Below, in pieces: positions 18,401 to 28,260 of a stretch of 64,000 bases of DNA. Where the stretch lies: the IMG/VR virus record IMGVR_UViG_3300027969_000001, positions 64,001-128,000 of that record. One strand, 5' to 3'. Each line of letters begins with the position of its first letter. The first letter of the stretch is position 1. Under the pieces are notes generated by a model. That model searched no databases. It saw only the letters and a list, made by a program, of their open reading frames with translations, and was not told the origin of the DNA. Both the position numbers and the translations under genes were made by a program. This DNA comes from a virus.

Positions 18401-21400
18401 TGGTCCAGTGTTTGTGTTGTTCTCCACCAATAATCCACTGCGTTCCACGCATGGCGTACTGCCATCTTTGCATCATTACACTGTCATGTACTTTTAAGTC
18501 TTTGCCTCTGTTCTCGAAATCCCAATCTCTCGAAAGATTTTCTGCTATGTGTTTAGGGATTATTCGATGCGCGTATCTACCAAAATACCCCCCGGCCAAT
18601 TCTTCTCCAGTCATGAGTGCGCTCAAGAACTGATTGTCCGCTTCCTCGAGGGCCTTGATGACAGACTTTACATCGACTTGTTCATTCTCAAGTCCTGCAA
18701 TTCTTTTATGTGCTTCCGATATGAAGTGAGCAACATCCCACCCTCTAGCAGCGAGGTCTATTACTTGGTCTGGACTATTCTGACGAAATTCTTGAGATAG
18801 GTTACTAGACAACAATCCAAGTGAATTTCTGTTGTAGTTCCCAGCGTGTATTGTCCCATCAGTAGAAGCTGATTCAATAAACTTTTTTAATTCTTCAATT
18901 TGTTTTTCTATTTGATTATTTCTAGCTTTTACATCAGCGACGTTGATATTGTTAAGAGCTTTTGTGTCAGCAGAAGCAACATTAAAACCGTCAGAACCAA
19001 CAGTTTTTTTAGGGTTAAGGACTCCGCCATCAAGTTCTGATGAGCCTTGATGTATTAAGAATTTTTCTCCATCTGAAGCGCCATTACCGAATAGTTCCCA
19101 GTATTTATCTCTATCATTTTGTTTGAGTTCTAATATCTCTCGTGTTTCTTTAAGTAGGTCATCGTACTCTTCTGGAGTTATATCTTCTAGGTCAAGTACG
19201 TTTTGTTCAATTCTTATCTTCTTGCTATCATGTTTATATTGCAGCAAGGCTACTTCTTCTTTTAAAAGTCTTGACTTTTCATTAATATCGTCTTCAAATT
19301 TCTTAATCCAGTTTTTAACAAAAGAATCACGTTCGGGTTCCTTGTCGCTTCCCGGATATCTAGTCCACGACTCATGTCTTGCAGTAAACGCATCTTCAGC
19401 TCGAGTCACTATGTCTGCTTTTAGTAAGTTTTTTGCTTGAGCTTCCGATGAATGTATGGTCGGAGCATTCATGTTTTTATCTGAAGCAACCACAACGTCA
19501 AAGTCTCCGCCAAGCCAGTCGCCAGTTTTATTATAATGCTCCAAGGCCTGAGTAAATCTTCTCATATAGGAAGATTGTTCGTCTAGTTTTTCTTTCTCGT
19601 AAGAAGTATTAAATCGGGTATCAGCTTTGTACGGAGTTGGTTTTTCCAATACGTCTGTTTCTCCAGATGAAAGCTTCTTGGCCTCGATTTGTTTAGCCAT
19701 TGAGTCTCTATCAACGTCAACTAATTTTGTAGCAAGTGACTCTCCGTCTGCGCTGTATCGTGTTGCTTCATCAACTCTGAAAACCATCGCCTGCATCGGT
19801 CGGCCTAGTATTACTGTTTCATCTTCTTCTAGACACCCAAAGCCAGTAAATGGAGTAGAAAAAATATCTTTAATTGGCACAAAAGCCTTTATGACGTATC
19901 CACTTTGGTCATTACCTGGTCTTCTACTGAACGACCTGGCTGTAGCTTCATTGATTGACCAAGACGAAAGTGGCCTCATACGTACTTCACGTATATCCAT
20001 ATCGCCTATGGCTATTGGTTCTCCAAACGCATTTTCACCAGCAGTAATTCCTCTGTATACAGCAAGATGTGTTATCCCTCTGTCTTCGAAATACTGCTGC
20101 GTTGCTTCATGAGATGTTTGCAGGAATTCTCCAACAAATTTTCTTTGCATTTCGCTCAGGACTGGAGCACCATCGAAGTCTTCCATAATCTGTCCTGGGC
20201 CAGGGGATGCAACAACTCTGTCCATCCTATATTGATTTCCTCGGTCCCAACCAACAGCACCGTCTACGGAGAACAGTTCTCTGGCTACGTTCTGCATTGA
20301 TAACGCAACGTCGTTGGAGTCGTTTGCTGATATAGCCCATGTATGAACCAATCCTGATATTAACGCCTGCTTCAGAACCCCTTGCCCTTCTGGGGTATTG
20401 GCGTCAAACTCTACAAGACCACGGCTTTTCAACAATTCTTCAGGACTAGGTATTACTTTTTTAATATTTTGTATAGTTAGTTCTTTTAATACTTCTAGGT
20501 CTTTTGCGTCGTCCGGCGTATTTTTGTCAATTTTGGCGACCATCAATTCAGACAAGTCTTTGTAATCAGTACCTTTCTTTATTCCGTAGCCTTTTTGCAG
20601 TATCTGTTCCCAGTCATCCGGACTATTCATAAGAGAATATGAATCTATTGATATTAAGGTTCCGTCTTTTAGCCTGTATATGCCCAGGTAGTCATTTTCG
20701 GGATTGCCTTCTCTTCTTTGACGTGTTTCCCTATTCCCCCACATGTCAAAGTAATACAACTGAGTTTTTATTGCAGTTATATGGTCTCCGGACCAGCGGC
20801 GCATTTCAGTTGGACCTATGGAGCCTATTGAATAATCATCCATGGTTTTTTCATACATGTCCCACATGCTTGATTTATCAAAAAGCTCACCAGCAGTCAG
20901 TGATTCAAGTTTAGGAATAAAAGATTCGTTCCATATTTTGAGAACGCGCTGTTCTACACTGAAATCTATTCCCGAAGCTACCGAGCCTTTTTTGGGATTG
21001 TAAAAAAACTTACTTCCATCGCGCACTCCTTCGAGTGTTCTGTTAAGGATGAGTGATACGTCTCTAAAATTCTCGTCATCAGCAAAACCAACTCCGCTTC
21101 CAGGCATTGAAGTCTGAAACATTTTTACAAAATCTTGAGGAGTAAAATCCATAGATTCTGCTATTTTTTTAGAAATCTCTCTTTTAATTTTTGGAGCAGC
21201 AAGACTAGAATCAATATCGTATGTTCCAGGAATAGAAACCGCATCGTCAATAAACATCTGCAAGACGTCTTTTTCGTCAGCAGGTTTTGTTGGCGAGTAA
21301 GGCTTACGAGTTGTCGGTATTGGAACAAACTTGGCAATCTGTGCTTTTTTCCACTGCGTATCTCTTGATTGAGGAATAGAAGTTTCCGTTATTCTAGAAC

Positions 21401-24400
21401 GGCGCAAACCTTCTATTTCCGAAAGAGCACTTTCTAGTCTTCCGCGACGTTCGTCTCTTACTCCAGGGGAACGCCCAGATGAAAGAATCCGACCAGCCCT
21501 GTCGCCATCACGCCATGGCTGATAGGTGTCGTTTCCGCCAAGCAAGGTTGTTACAGCTTTCTTCAAGGAAGGACTAATCATTTCATTTTGTATTTTTTCG
21601 TCTGGATGCAGTACGGCGACAATGCCCTCAGCCATGGTTTCTGCCATGTTGACGTTTCCGTATGAAGTGAGCAAACGAGGAACGTCTGGAGTTTCAGAAA
21701 ACGGAACATCGTTTTCAAACATTGTTATTCTGTCTTGGTCATATGTAAATTTATTAAATTCAGAAGCAACAGCAAGTGCACGAGCATAGTTTGTGTTGCC
21801 CTTGTCTTTGCTGCCGTATCTTTGACGTGTATGAATTGTTGTCTTTGGTCCGCCCTCAGAGTCAGCTATGGCCTTGAAGTGCAGCCAGTGACCCCATTCG
21901 TGAAGCAGCGTTCCTGCAAGGGAGTTTTCTATTGACTTCTGTCCTTTTACTGGGGACTGACCATTCCATCGAAGAGTGCTTTTGGTTACTGACGGTATTG
22001 AGTCATCCAATGCTTCAAGAAACACCTCTTTGTTGAGATAGACGGTGTCCATGTTTGGACTCATTCTTCCTCTTGCCCTAACCGGCTTACCGTCGTTGCG
22101 TTGCTTTGCAATCGCTGCAAATTTCTCGCGCACTTCTGGTATTGCTTCATAGGCTGCTATGCCTTCTGGGTCCATGAAGGAGAAAGAAGGAGCTCCGTGG
22201 TTTTCAAAAGCCCACTTCATTTGTGGGTTATCTTCAATGGATTGTGCCAGGAGTTCTTGCATGGCTTTTACGTTGTCTGGTGAGAAGTCCGGGGTATCCC
22301 AAGGGTTTTTTTGATGAAAATCATCATAGTATTTCTGAAATTTTAATCTAGTAGCAGGGTCTACAACATCAGCGCCAGCGTAGTCGTCGAGCCACATTTG
22401 AAAATGTTCTTCACGATTTGAAGGAACCAAAACCTTAGCCATTTGTTCAGAGCTGAGACCTCTTAGCCATGTATTTGTAGTCTTTCTTATCTCGCCGCCA
22501 AGCACGCTCTTGTCGCCGTACTTGTAATCCTTGGCTCTGTGTTCTCTTAGAAGTTCGCGCTCGTTGCGACCAATTTCTATTATTGGTCTTTGGGGGGAAT
22601 CTGGTCTAATTTGTATAGACGGACGTTCCTGCCCTGAAGCAAGTGAGGGTCTGCTGCTCTTTCCCAAAATATCGTGCGCAAGAGCTAATTCAATATCTTC
22701 TTCGTTGGCTTCATAAATTGGCTTGCTTCCAGAAGACAGTCGTCCACTAGTAGATGCTGTATCAAGCTTCTTAATAACTGAATTAAAATCACCAGCATAT
22801 ATACGCGTTTCGGAGTCAGATACGCCTTCAATATCGAATACGGTTCTTGGTCGATTACGGTAGCCCATTGTTTCGTTCATATTTAGGTCGGACTCGTCAA
22901 GTCTGCCAACCCTGAGCATTCGTTCGGCGGAGTACATCATGTAATGAAGATGCTTAACGACCATTTTTTCTTGAGGCGTTAGAGGTGAGTCTGGGTGGTC
23001 CGCAAGGGACATCATGGCAAGGTCGTTTGCCCATTCTCCATGGCGGTCAAAAGCTCTACCGGTTCCGAGATGTCCGAATAGGTCATGGGTGTCTTGAAGT
23101 GCCTTGCCATAGAGTCCCATATTGAATTTATGCGGGTCAGTTATTCCACCTATGTAGCCACGAAGATATGTATCCGTGCTGTGGCTGATTCTTGAACCTG
23201 GAAGAAAAAGCTCCTCGTCACCCATTAGTTCGCCCGCACGGCGCGTAAGTTCCCTAACAAACTTGCTATGTTTTTTCCACGCTTCAAGATACGGTTCCGG
23301 CAATGTATCTTGAGTTAATGCTGGCAAACCAATACTGTCGCTCCTGATGACAAATCCTTTTGGAGCCAACATTTCCAACAGGGGGAATCTTTCCCTCGCC
23401 TCGTCGTTTTCAAATTCTAAAGTAGAAGCGTCGTTTTTGTATATTTTTCTTGCAATAATGTTTCCGTCGGAATCTTTCCATACGGAACCATTGAAAACAA
23501 CCGTATCTTTCATTGCTTCATCAAGTATTGAAATAACGTCATCACGCTTAGGCAACTCGACGGTACGCCAGTCTCGTTTGTCCGGTATCTGTTCTGCCAA
23601 TTGAGGTATCGGGTCAGCGGAAACAAACGGAATTCCGTCTGAAGAAATATCAATCGATATTGATTCAAGTAGCTGTTTTCCGGTTTCGGAAAACGCATTG
23701 TCCACTTCAACGTCAAGTAGTGTTTTCCCAGCAATTTCTTTGGTCAAGCCGGGAATAGCATCTTCAATAGAATATTTCTGTTGTTTTGTTAGTTCTTTTC
23801 CTGTCGTTTCTTCTATTTTTTTAATTATTCTCTCGGCAACTTTTTTACCCGTTAAAGACTCTCTAGTTAGTCCTATGTCGGCAGCTTCTTGCTGGGTTAC
23901 TTCTGTGGGTTCATTAAATGCTTCAACTACATTTGCGCCAGAAGAGAGTCTTGTGCTTTCCCCTTCGTTGCGATTTGAGTATATTTTTTCATCAGAAAAT
24001 CTTTCGTCTTTCTTTATCTCGTCTATAGCCCTATACATAGCATCAAGAAGAGACATTCCTTCTGCTTTGTATATTTCTCGCAAGCGGGCCATCTCTTCCG
24101 ATTTTTGACGACTCAATTCTGCGTCAAAATCCATAAGAACATAAGACAGTCCGCTACCGTCTGGATTATGTTCAAGTTTGAATGCTCTGTTTTTAAGCTT
24201 GTTTGATTCTTCGAGGCCTTCTAAGACTTTTTTTACTTTATTAACAGCCTTTGTCTGGCCTTCAGTACCCTTTCCTATTTTTCCAATCAATGCGTCTAGG
24301 GAGTTATATGCAAGTTCGTCGTCGTATACTTCTATTACAGCTTTTTTGGTTTTCTCGCCGTTTTTGTAAACTGGGCTATACAGGTACCCATATCGTTTTA

Positions 24401-27400
24401 TGTGCTCTAGCTTTAGTTCTTCTTTATAGGCTTCATCTTCTTTGAAACGTTTTCTTCTGACATTTAGTATTTCAAGTGCTTTTGCCCAAGTATCAACATC
24501 TGGTCCGAATGCTTCATTTAGTGCTCTAATTTGTGCTTCTTTGTCTATTTGTCCAAAACCATCTTCGGCAGGCTCAAGTCTGTTGTATCGCTTGTATTTT
24601 TCGTAAAGTTCCCAATACTTGAATTTCTCCTGCTCAGGGTTGGCAAATTCGAGTGTTTGGTCGAAACTGTCATCATGATTTCCACCTCTGGCTACGGTAA
24701 AACGAGTTGATTCTCTGCCAGAAGAAAGTCTTGTGCTTCCCTCTTCTTTCTGGGCTGCAACAAAAGACTCTTTGTCTGATTCAAATTTTTTTACATCGGC
24801 GTCAAACTTTTCGCGCTCAAGTCTTAGTTTTTCATCGCGGCGCTTTCTGCTAAGTACAGAAGTGTCCCAGTTGTTTTCTATAGCACCATCAATTATCTTT
24901 TGCATTACCTGACTGGTTGCGAAGGCATCAGCGTCTGCGTTGTGATGTCCGTCGCCAAGTTCCACGCCGAGGTATTCGGTAATGGCGGCAAGGCTGCTGG
25001 ATGGTTTGGTTGTCCCGTCTCTACTACTTACGATATGTGGGCCATCTGGGCTATCTTCGCTCCATACCGGAAGGGTAAGAGAACTTATTTCGCGAGTATC
25101 TAAATAACCGCGTGGTGTCCAATCGATACCGCTTTCACGTAAAGCATCATCAAGAACGTTCTTGTCGAAAGTTGCGTTCTGAACGCCGATGATTGCGTCT
25201 GGGCCAATAAACTCAGCAACCTGTCTATGCGCTTCAGCCATGGGCATTTGCGTGGCAAGCCATTCATTGGTAATCGGATTACCGTCTGCGTCTTTAAGAT
25301 TTGCTAAAGACCATTCTCCTAGTGGTTCTTCTGGGTTCATAAACAGATTTAATCTGCCTATTTCTTCCCCATTTTTCATGCGAACTAGGCCAATTTGTGT
25401 TGGTTTTCCGTTGGTTGTGGCTTTACCAAACTCGTCAAAATTCAGGCCGGTTGTCTCATAGTCGAGAAATACAATTTCGGCATCGTTGTATTTCTTCTTG
25501 AACTCTTCCCATGAATTAGAGTCGCCAAAGTATGAATCTGCTTCACCAAGGAAAGCTCCAAGCGTTGGTTCGCGTGGATATCGTGGAGCCTTGCCGCTAG
25601 ATAGGCGGTCTCCCATCTGTTCCTCAAGCTGGTTAAATGCTTGAGAATCGTCAACTTCAGGAGCCCGTGAGGTTTTAACTGACAGAACCCTGGCAAGTTC
25701 TTCCTTGAGCACATCTCTCTTCCAAACATCTTTATCTTCTTCGCTCTTGCCACTAGGACCACGGTATTCAAATATAACAGGGAGTTTTTCGGACTTGACC
25801 AGAACTCTTAGCCATGCTTCATATGGCGTAGTTGATTTATCTGGGATTATTTCTTCTTTAGACAACCCCTTATCCCCGAAGTTTTTGTCAAACCACACAT
25901 CTGTCATTGCTGGGTTAAACATCTCAACATCGTCAGTTTTAAATACTCCGCCCCTAATGTTAGGAACTACCTCTATGCCATACTCTCGCATTAGTTCATC
26001 ACGTGATTGCGCCATATCAATCAGGAGACTCACATTGCTTTCGTTATTCTCGTTGTAGTCCTTGCTAAGTTCTCCCAACTCTTTTCTAAACTCTTTTGGT
26101 GTAGCAATTATTGCTTGAACTTCTTCAGGCTTGAATCTTCCAAGAACTAATGCTTCTTTGTAACTTGCTGATATGCCATTGTCGGAACTAGCCTCAAATG
26201 CTCCGGATGGTGTTGGGTAAGTGTCGCCAGTCTTGTAGTCATAAAGTATGCCAAGTGGACTAAAACTACTAAGAAACACTCCATCTTCACCCAGTGAACT
26301 GAGTTGAAGAGGCGCATTGTCTTTCATTGACATATCAACTGTGTCTGCATCAAAAACCCTAGTGCGCTCTGCAACTTCTGGTCGTAGCACAAAATGTGAA
26401 TCGCCGTACTTTTGTGTTCTGTTCTGCGAAGCCTCTAGTGCTGCTCCTGCAGGACCTTCGTACATAAGTTTAATGTCGTCTCCGTATATTTTTTTAAACT
26501 TTTCTTCTCGTGCTAATGCTGTTTTTGAAGTAGTAACATAGCCCGATGATGGTCTAAGTTCTCTTACTTCTGGAGGGTCTTCCACCCCTTCTTCAAACGG
26601 TAAACCTAATAGATTGCCTTCAACCTTTCGTCTGGCACTGGTAGTAATAGCATCGCCTATTAGGTTCATAGACTCAATATCAGCTGCTTCTCTTTCTTCT
26701 TTGTCATGTTGAGTGAGTATGGTGCGATTGCCCTTAATAAACGAGGCAATGCTTCTTGTCCTTACGAGCACCCGTGTGTCGATAGATTTACCATACGCTT
26801 CAGACGCCTTCCTCATGTCTGCATTCAACTGTTCTGGGGTGGCTGTTTTTAGATAAGTTTTAAACTCGTCAATTTTTGCAACCATTTCAGTATCGCCCCT
26901 AGCGATATGTATCTGTCTTGATATTTCTAATGCTACGCTCGGAGGAATAGGGTCTCCTTTTGCCCATACTCCAGACTCACGAAGTCTTGCTTGTATGGGG
27001 AAAAACGCTGCCTCGGCATCCCTGCCGGTCATCTCCGAAGTAAAAAACTTTCCTTCTGCTACTACTTCGTTTATGTAATCAATAGCCTCTTGCGGAAGAA
27101 TTGTATCTTTTTTAAAGTAATAGTCAATTTGACGCTTGGCGGACTCTGCTGTTTCTTTTATTCTTGTATCGAGTTTTTCTTTGCTTACTTTTTCTTCAAA
27201 GTTCGTGCCGTAACCGAGTCGTTCTTTCAAGGCTCTTAGTTTCCCAAATATTTCCTGCGTATAAGCTGCGGATATATCGGCATTATTTATTTCGGTACCA
27301 CTAGAAAGTTTTTTGGTTACTTCTGGGTCGTAGCCCCATTCAAGCCAAGAGTCGCCGGCTGTATAAATATCCTTAGCCTTGACTCGCTTCTTTATGATTT

Positions 27401-28211
27401 GATATTCGCCACGCAGTGCTCCATCGCCGTGCATAACTGCGTACTCTCGAATTGGGGTAACCCAGTCACCGGGGGTTATCTTCATGTCGTCTGGTGGAAG
27501 ATTCTTTAGTCTCTCTATTTCGTCTCGAACACCCTGAGACCAATCGCTAGGTTCGATACTTCTGCTGGTTCCTTCTGGAAGTTTGCCACGCGCCATATAT
27601 CTGGCGAGTTGTTTTTCTAGTTTTTCTATCTTTTTACTGTTTGAAAGAGGCACCGCACGATAAATAGTCACCTCGGCATTTGGCTTGCCTTTGTATTGCT
27701 TAATCAGGCTGGCGGCTATTGGGTCAAGCTGGTCATCCCCGACACCATAAAAACGTATTGCATCGGCAGAATAGACGTCCTCTGGATAAACTCCACCATC
27801 TGCCAACATGTCATGTAGGGGAGCGCCTGCGCCTCTTTCTGGAGCTCCATGCTGGCCTCTGTAGTCCTCGTTAGCGCCCGAAGACATTCTTCTGGCTGTC
27901 TCAGTGCCTCTTGTGGGCGAATCTATGCCAATAAAACGTGGATTAGTTGAGCCTTCGTCTACCCAGCCGTCATTGTCGGGGTCAAAGTTGCTGAGGGTGG
28001 GTTTTCTGTAGCCACGAACTCCGCCCGTCGGTGCATCAATGTCCATCCCGCCACGGCGGCGTCTTCCTTCGCCAATGCTTGGCCTATCCACTAGTCGGCT
28101 ACCGACTAATCGGGCGAGTCTATTTCCAAGCGCTTTCTGCTCTACTGAGGCAGGGCGCGCTCTACGGGATTCCTCTATGGGAATAAGGAACTCATTATCA
28201 TCGACAGACAT
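15459..28211 (-). CDS. 4250-aa polyvalent protein/putative polyprotein: ART-like, 2x DUF3626-like, DEDDh exonuclease, 2x zincin, R-S-E ART, GNAT and unknown modules separated by LSSG motifs
   Basis: LDYETTG...NATFD...HNADAD; HEWGH and HELGH each followed by Y...N.AE..AE; YRG...SSWS...EEDETV; V..TRRRTGIAS...SPDG; RPIYG...YG..L.LK...RTT...DS...EAQVH. Confidence 0.9.
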   Translation of the reverse strand: MSVDDNEFLIPIEESRRARPASVEQKALGNRLARLVGSRLVDRPSIGEGRRRRGGMDIDAPTGGVRGYRKPTLSNFDPDNDGWVDEGSTNPRFIGIDSPTRGTETARRMSSGANEDYRGQHGAPERGAGAPLHDMLADGGVYPEDVYSADAIRFYGVGDDQLDPIAASLIKQYKGKPNAEVTIYRAVPLSNSKKIEKLEKQLARYMARGKLPEGTSRSIEPSDWSQGVRDEIERLKNLPPDDMKITPGDWVTPIREYAVMHGDGALRGEYQIIKKRVKAKDIYTAGDSWLEWGYDPEVTKKLSSGTEINNADISAAYTQEIFGKLRALKERLGYGTNFEEKVSKEKLDTRIKETAESAKRQIDYYFKKDTILPQEAIDYINEVVAEGKFFTSEMTGRDAEAAFFPIQARLRESGVWAKGDPIPPSVALEISRQIHIARGDTEMVAKIDEFKTYLKTATPEQLNADMRKASEAYGKSIDTRVLVRTRSIASFIKGNRTILTQHDKEEREAADIESMNLIGDAITTSARRKVEGNLLGLPFEEGVEDPPEVRELRPSSGYVTTSKTALAREEKFKKIYGDDIKLMYEGPAGAALEASQNRTQKYGDSHFVLRPEVAERTRVFDADTVDMSMKDNAPLQLSSLGEDGVFLSSFSPLGILYDYKTGDTYPTPSGAFEASSDNGISASYKEALVLGRFKPEEVQAIIATPKEFRKELGELSKDYNENNESNVSLLIDMAQSRDELMREYGIEVVPNIRGGVFKTDDVEMFNPAMTDVWFDKNFGDKGLSKEEIIPDKSTTPYEAWLRVLVKSEKLPVIFEYRGPSGKSEEDKDVWKRDVLKEELARVLSVKTSRAPEVDDSQAFNQLEEQMGDRLSSGKAPRYPREPTLGAFLGEADSYFGDSNSWEEFKKKYNDAEIVFLDYETTGLNFDEFGKATTNGKPTQIGLVRMKNGEEIGRLNLFMNPEEPLGEWSLANLKDADGNPITNEWLATQMPMAEAHRQVAEFIGPDAIIGVQNATFDKNVLDDALRESGIDWTPRGYLDTREISSLTLPVWSEDSPDGPHIVSSRDGTTKPSSSLAAITEYLGVELGDGHHNADADAFATSQVMQKIIDGAIENNWDTSVLSRKRRDEKLRLEREKFDADVKKFESDKESFVAAQKEEGSTRLSSGRESTRFTVARGGNHDDSFDQTLEFANPEQEKFKYWELYEKYKRYNRLEPAEDGFGQIDKEAQIRALNEAFGPDVDTWAKALEILNVRRKRFKEDEAYKEELKLEHIKRYGYLYSPVYKNGEKTKKAVIEVYDDELAYNSLDALIGKIGKGTEGQTKAVNKVKKVLEGLEESNKLKNRAFKLEHNPDGSGLSYVLMDFDAELSRQKSEEMARLREIYKAEGMSLLDAMYRAIDEIKKDERFSDEKIYSNRNEGESTRLSSGANVVEAFNEPTEVTQQEAADIGLTRESLTGKKVAERIIKKIEETTGKELTKQQKYSIEDAIPGLTKEIAGKTLLDVEVDNAFSETGKQLLESISIDISSDGIPFVSADPIPQLAEQIPDKRDWRTVELPKRDDVISILDEAMKDTVVFNGSVWKDSDGNIIARKIYKNDASTLEFENDEARERFPLLEMLAPKGFVIRSDSIGLPALTQDTLPEPYLEAWKKHSKFVRELTRRAGELMGDEELFLPGSRISHSTDTYLRGYIGGITDPHKFNMGLYGKALQDTHDLFGHLGTGRAFDRHGEWANDLAMMSLADHPDSPLTPQEKMVVKHLHYMMYSAERMLRVGRLDESDLNMNETMGYRNRPRTVFDIEGVSDSETRIYAGDFNSVIKKLDTASTSGRLSSGSKPIYEANEEDIELALAHDILGKSSRPSLASGQERPSIQIRPDSPQRPIIEIGRNERELLREHRAKDYKYGDKSVLGGEIRKTTNTWLRGLSSEQMAKVLVPSNREEHFQMWLDDYAGADVVDPATRLKFQKYYDDFHQKNPWDTPDFSPDNVKAMQELLAQSIEDNPQMKWAFENHGAPSFSFMDPEGIAAYEAIPEVREKFAAIAKQRNDGKPVRARGRMSPNMDTVYLNKEVFLEALDDSIPSVTKSTLRWNGQSPVKGQKSIENSLAGTLLHEWGHWLHFKAIADSEGGPKTTIHTRQRYGSKDKGNTNYARALAVASEFNKFTYDQDRITMFENDVPFSETPDVPRLLTSYGNVNMAETMAEGIVAVLHPDEKIQNEMISPSLKKAVTTLLGGNDTYQPWRDGDRAGRILSSGRSPGVRDERRGRLESALSEIEGLRRSRITETSIPQSRDTQWKKAQIAKFVPIPTTRKPYSPTKPADEKDVLQMFIDDAVSIPGTYDIDSSLAAPKIKREISKKIAESMDFTPQDFVKMFQTSMPGSGVGFADDENFRDVSLILNRTLEGVRDGSKFFYNPKKGSVASGIDFSVEQRVLKIWNESFIPKLESLTAGELFDKSSMWDMYEKTMDDYSIGSIGPTEMRRWSGDHITAIKTQLYYFDMWGNRETRQRREGNPENDYLGIYRLKDGTLISIDSYSLMNSPDDWEQILQKGYGIKKGTDYKDLSELMVAKIDKNTPDDAKDLEVLKELTIQNIKKVIPSPEELLKSRGLVEFDANTPEGQGVLKQALISGLVHTWAISANDSNDVALSMQNVARELFSVDGAVGWDRGNQYRMDRVVASPGPGQIMEDFDGAPVLSEMQRKFVGEFLQTSHEATQQYFEDRGITHLAVYRGITAGENAFGEPIAIGDMDIREVRMRPLSSWSINEATARSFSRRPGNDQSGYVIKAFVPIKDIFSTPFTGFGCLEEDETVILGRPMQAMVFRVDEATRYSADGESLATKLVDVDRDSMAKQIEAKKLSSGETDVLEKPTPYKADTRFNTSYEKEKLDEQSSYMRRFTQALEHYNKTGDWLGGDFDVVVASDKNMNAPTIHSSEAQAKNLLKADIVTRAEDAFTARHESWTRYPGSDKEPERDSFVKNWIKKFEDDINEKSRLLKEEVALLQYKHDSKKIRIEQNVLDLEDITPEEYDDLLKETREILELKQNDRDKYWELFGNGASDGEKFLIHQGSSELDGGVLNPKKTVGSDGFNVASADTKALNNINVADVKARNNQIEKQIEELKKFIESASTDGTIHAGNYNRNSLGLLSSNLSQEFRQNSPDQVIDLAARGWDVAHFISEAHKRIAGLENEQVDVKSVIKALEEADNQFLSALMTGEELAGGYFGRYAHRIIPKHIAENLSRDWDFENRGKDLKVHDSVMMQRWQYAMRGTQWIIGGEQHKHWTNKLGPGYEKQIIGMQRPFVGFSSVTLDEGRNRLYAITPALIVRAIKNYKQGNKKVDLSTLVKPRSISGTEVLQPDELNQELRMSSGKKKVVESVMNANYYGIVSARHIEHTSKDGNETSYWVVLDAGGTITAYDTGSVNDARQKLSESWTKLGFNPMTDKKGPVPIEEVNVLDALKRMEDSKNSIGLMTTIKWNEDDHSEILRTGVARTRRRTGIASEMMRLHRDTWPEQNLQHSDALSPDGRAFAASATPEVLDGQRESVGKNAGKKLSSGLTEHVSNEHAKALVAAYPRSLKEPTEDIAIARKEGRPVSWLLDETIDPKIGAVIGELIDGVLDDPRFKKAFDGEEINPFLLETSKGPWARIRERSPFSERIGPAIDKITGIVLSRDPQMMEWDAETIAKGLVLRAGIHITRAKYLENERKKIIMSADMRVRGTVEDLVSEYDKYAKELVGMGGDYFQPGPMDYNRVVVAVDKEAISGLIKNKKLLSQFETGRSNGHYNPQARQQAEVTLFGYPPDMAPEFRPIYGMAAYGGVTEEVAGSGQQYGNYLLVLKPGNEDRTTVTESDSLSLMGTTSAMNSPDINMMMLRNAGEKDTFDYPVEAQVHPGEGGISLDDIAYIIVRDDYTGENPDEGEKLQALSRRLGIPAVSEYDIDYGGTPGAFDEDYILNAGGEQAGDSSPESTRLSSGRSNRRLRKGRPGAKPRSDAEYVAYSANELSIRAVPSSPEELASILRSSPHTKNSNKSIRKINKLIEELEINWDKQKELQKKVELTLSNSPSLRNMLGRFDIPPMLLTDFGLKQGFIFESDLEPTNWYAGGGVYTPSYGFIAFPDKVLKDYIPGTNLTGEYVIRHELGHAIHAMAKKTNKAAFKRESEDLDGIYKELKAATSWAKDELKAGRSSSEIEDELSSMVNMLSEYDSSLAKQISDYAATNRAEYIAEAIAYATAPANEGLRRLKAEHYDMLSEFLGLTVEELKTMGL

Positions 28212-28260
28212 TCAAAGCAATAATAGCACTGCTTTCAGCGCTAAAACACAGATAAATAAG

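Noticed and set aside
26538-26555. RPSSGY as another SSG linker motif
   Set aside because: It aligns with the RPIYG/MPVSGY core of the DUF3626-like domain, so it was not counted
16884-27239. Many short plus-strand ORFs inside the 4250-aa gene (and likewise inside the other giant genes)
   Set aside because: Antisense shadows with Ser/Phe-rich nonsense composition, overlapping a motif-rich long ORF
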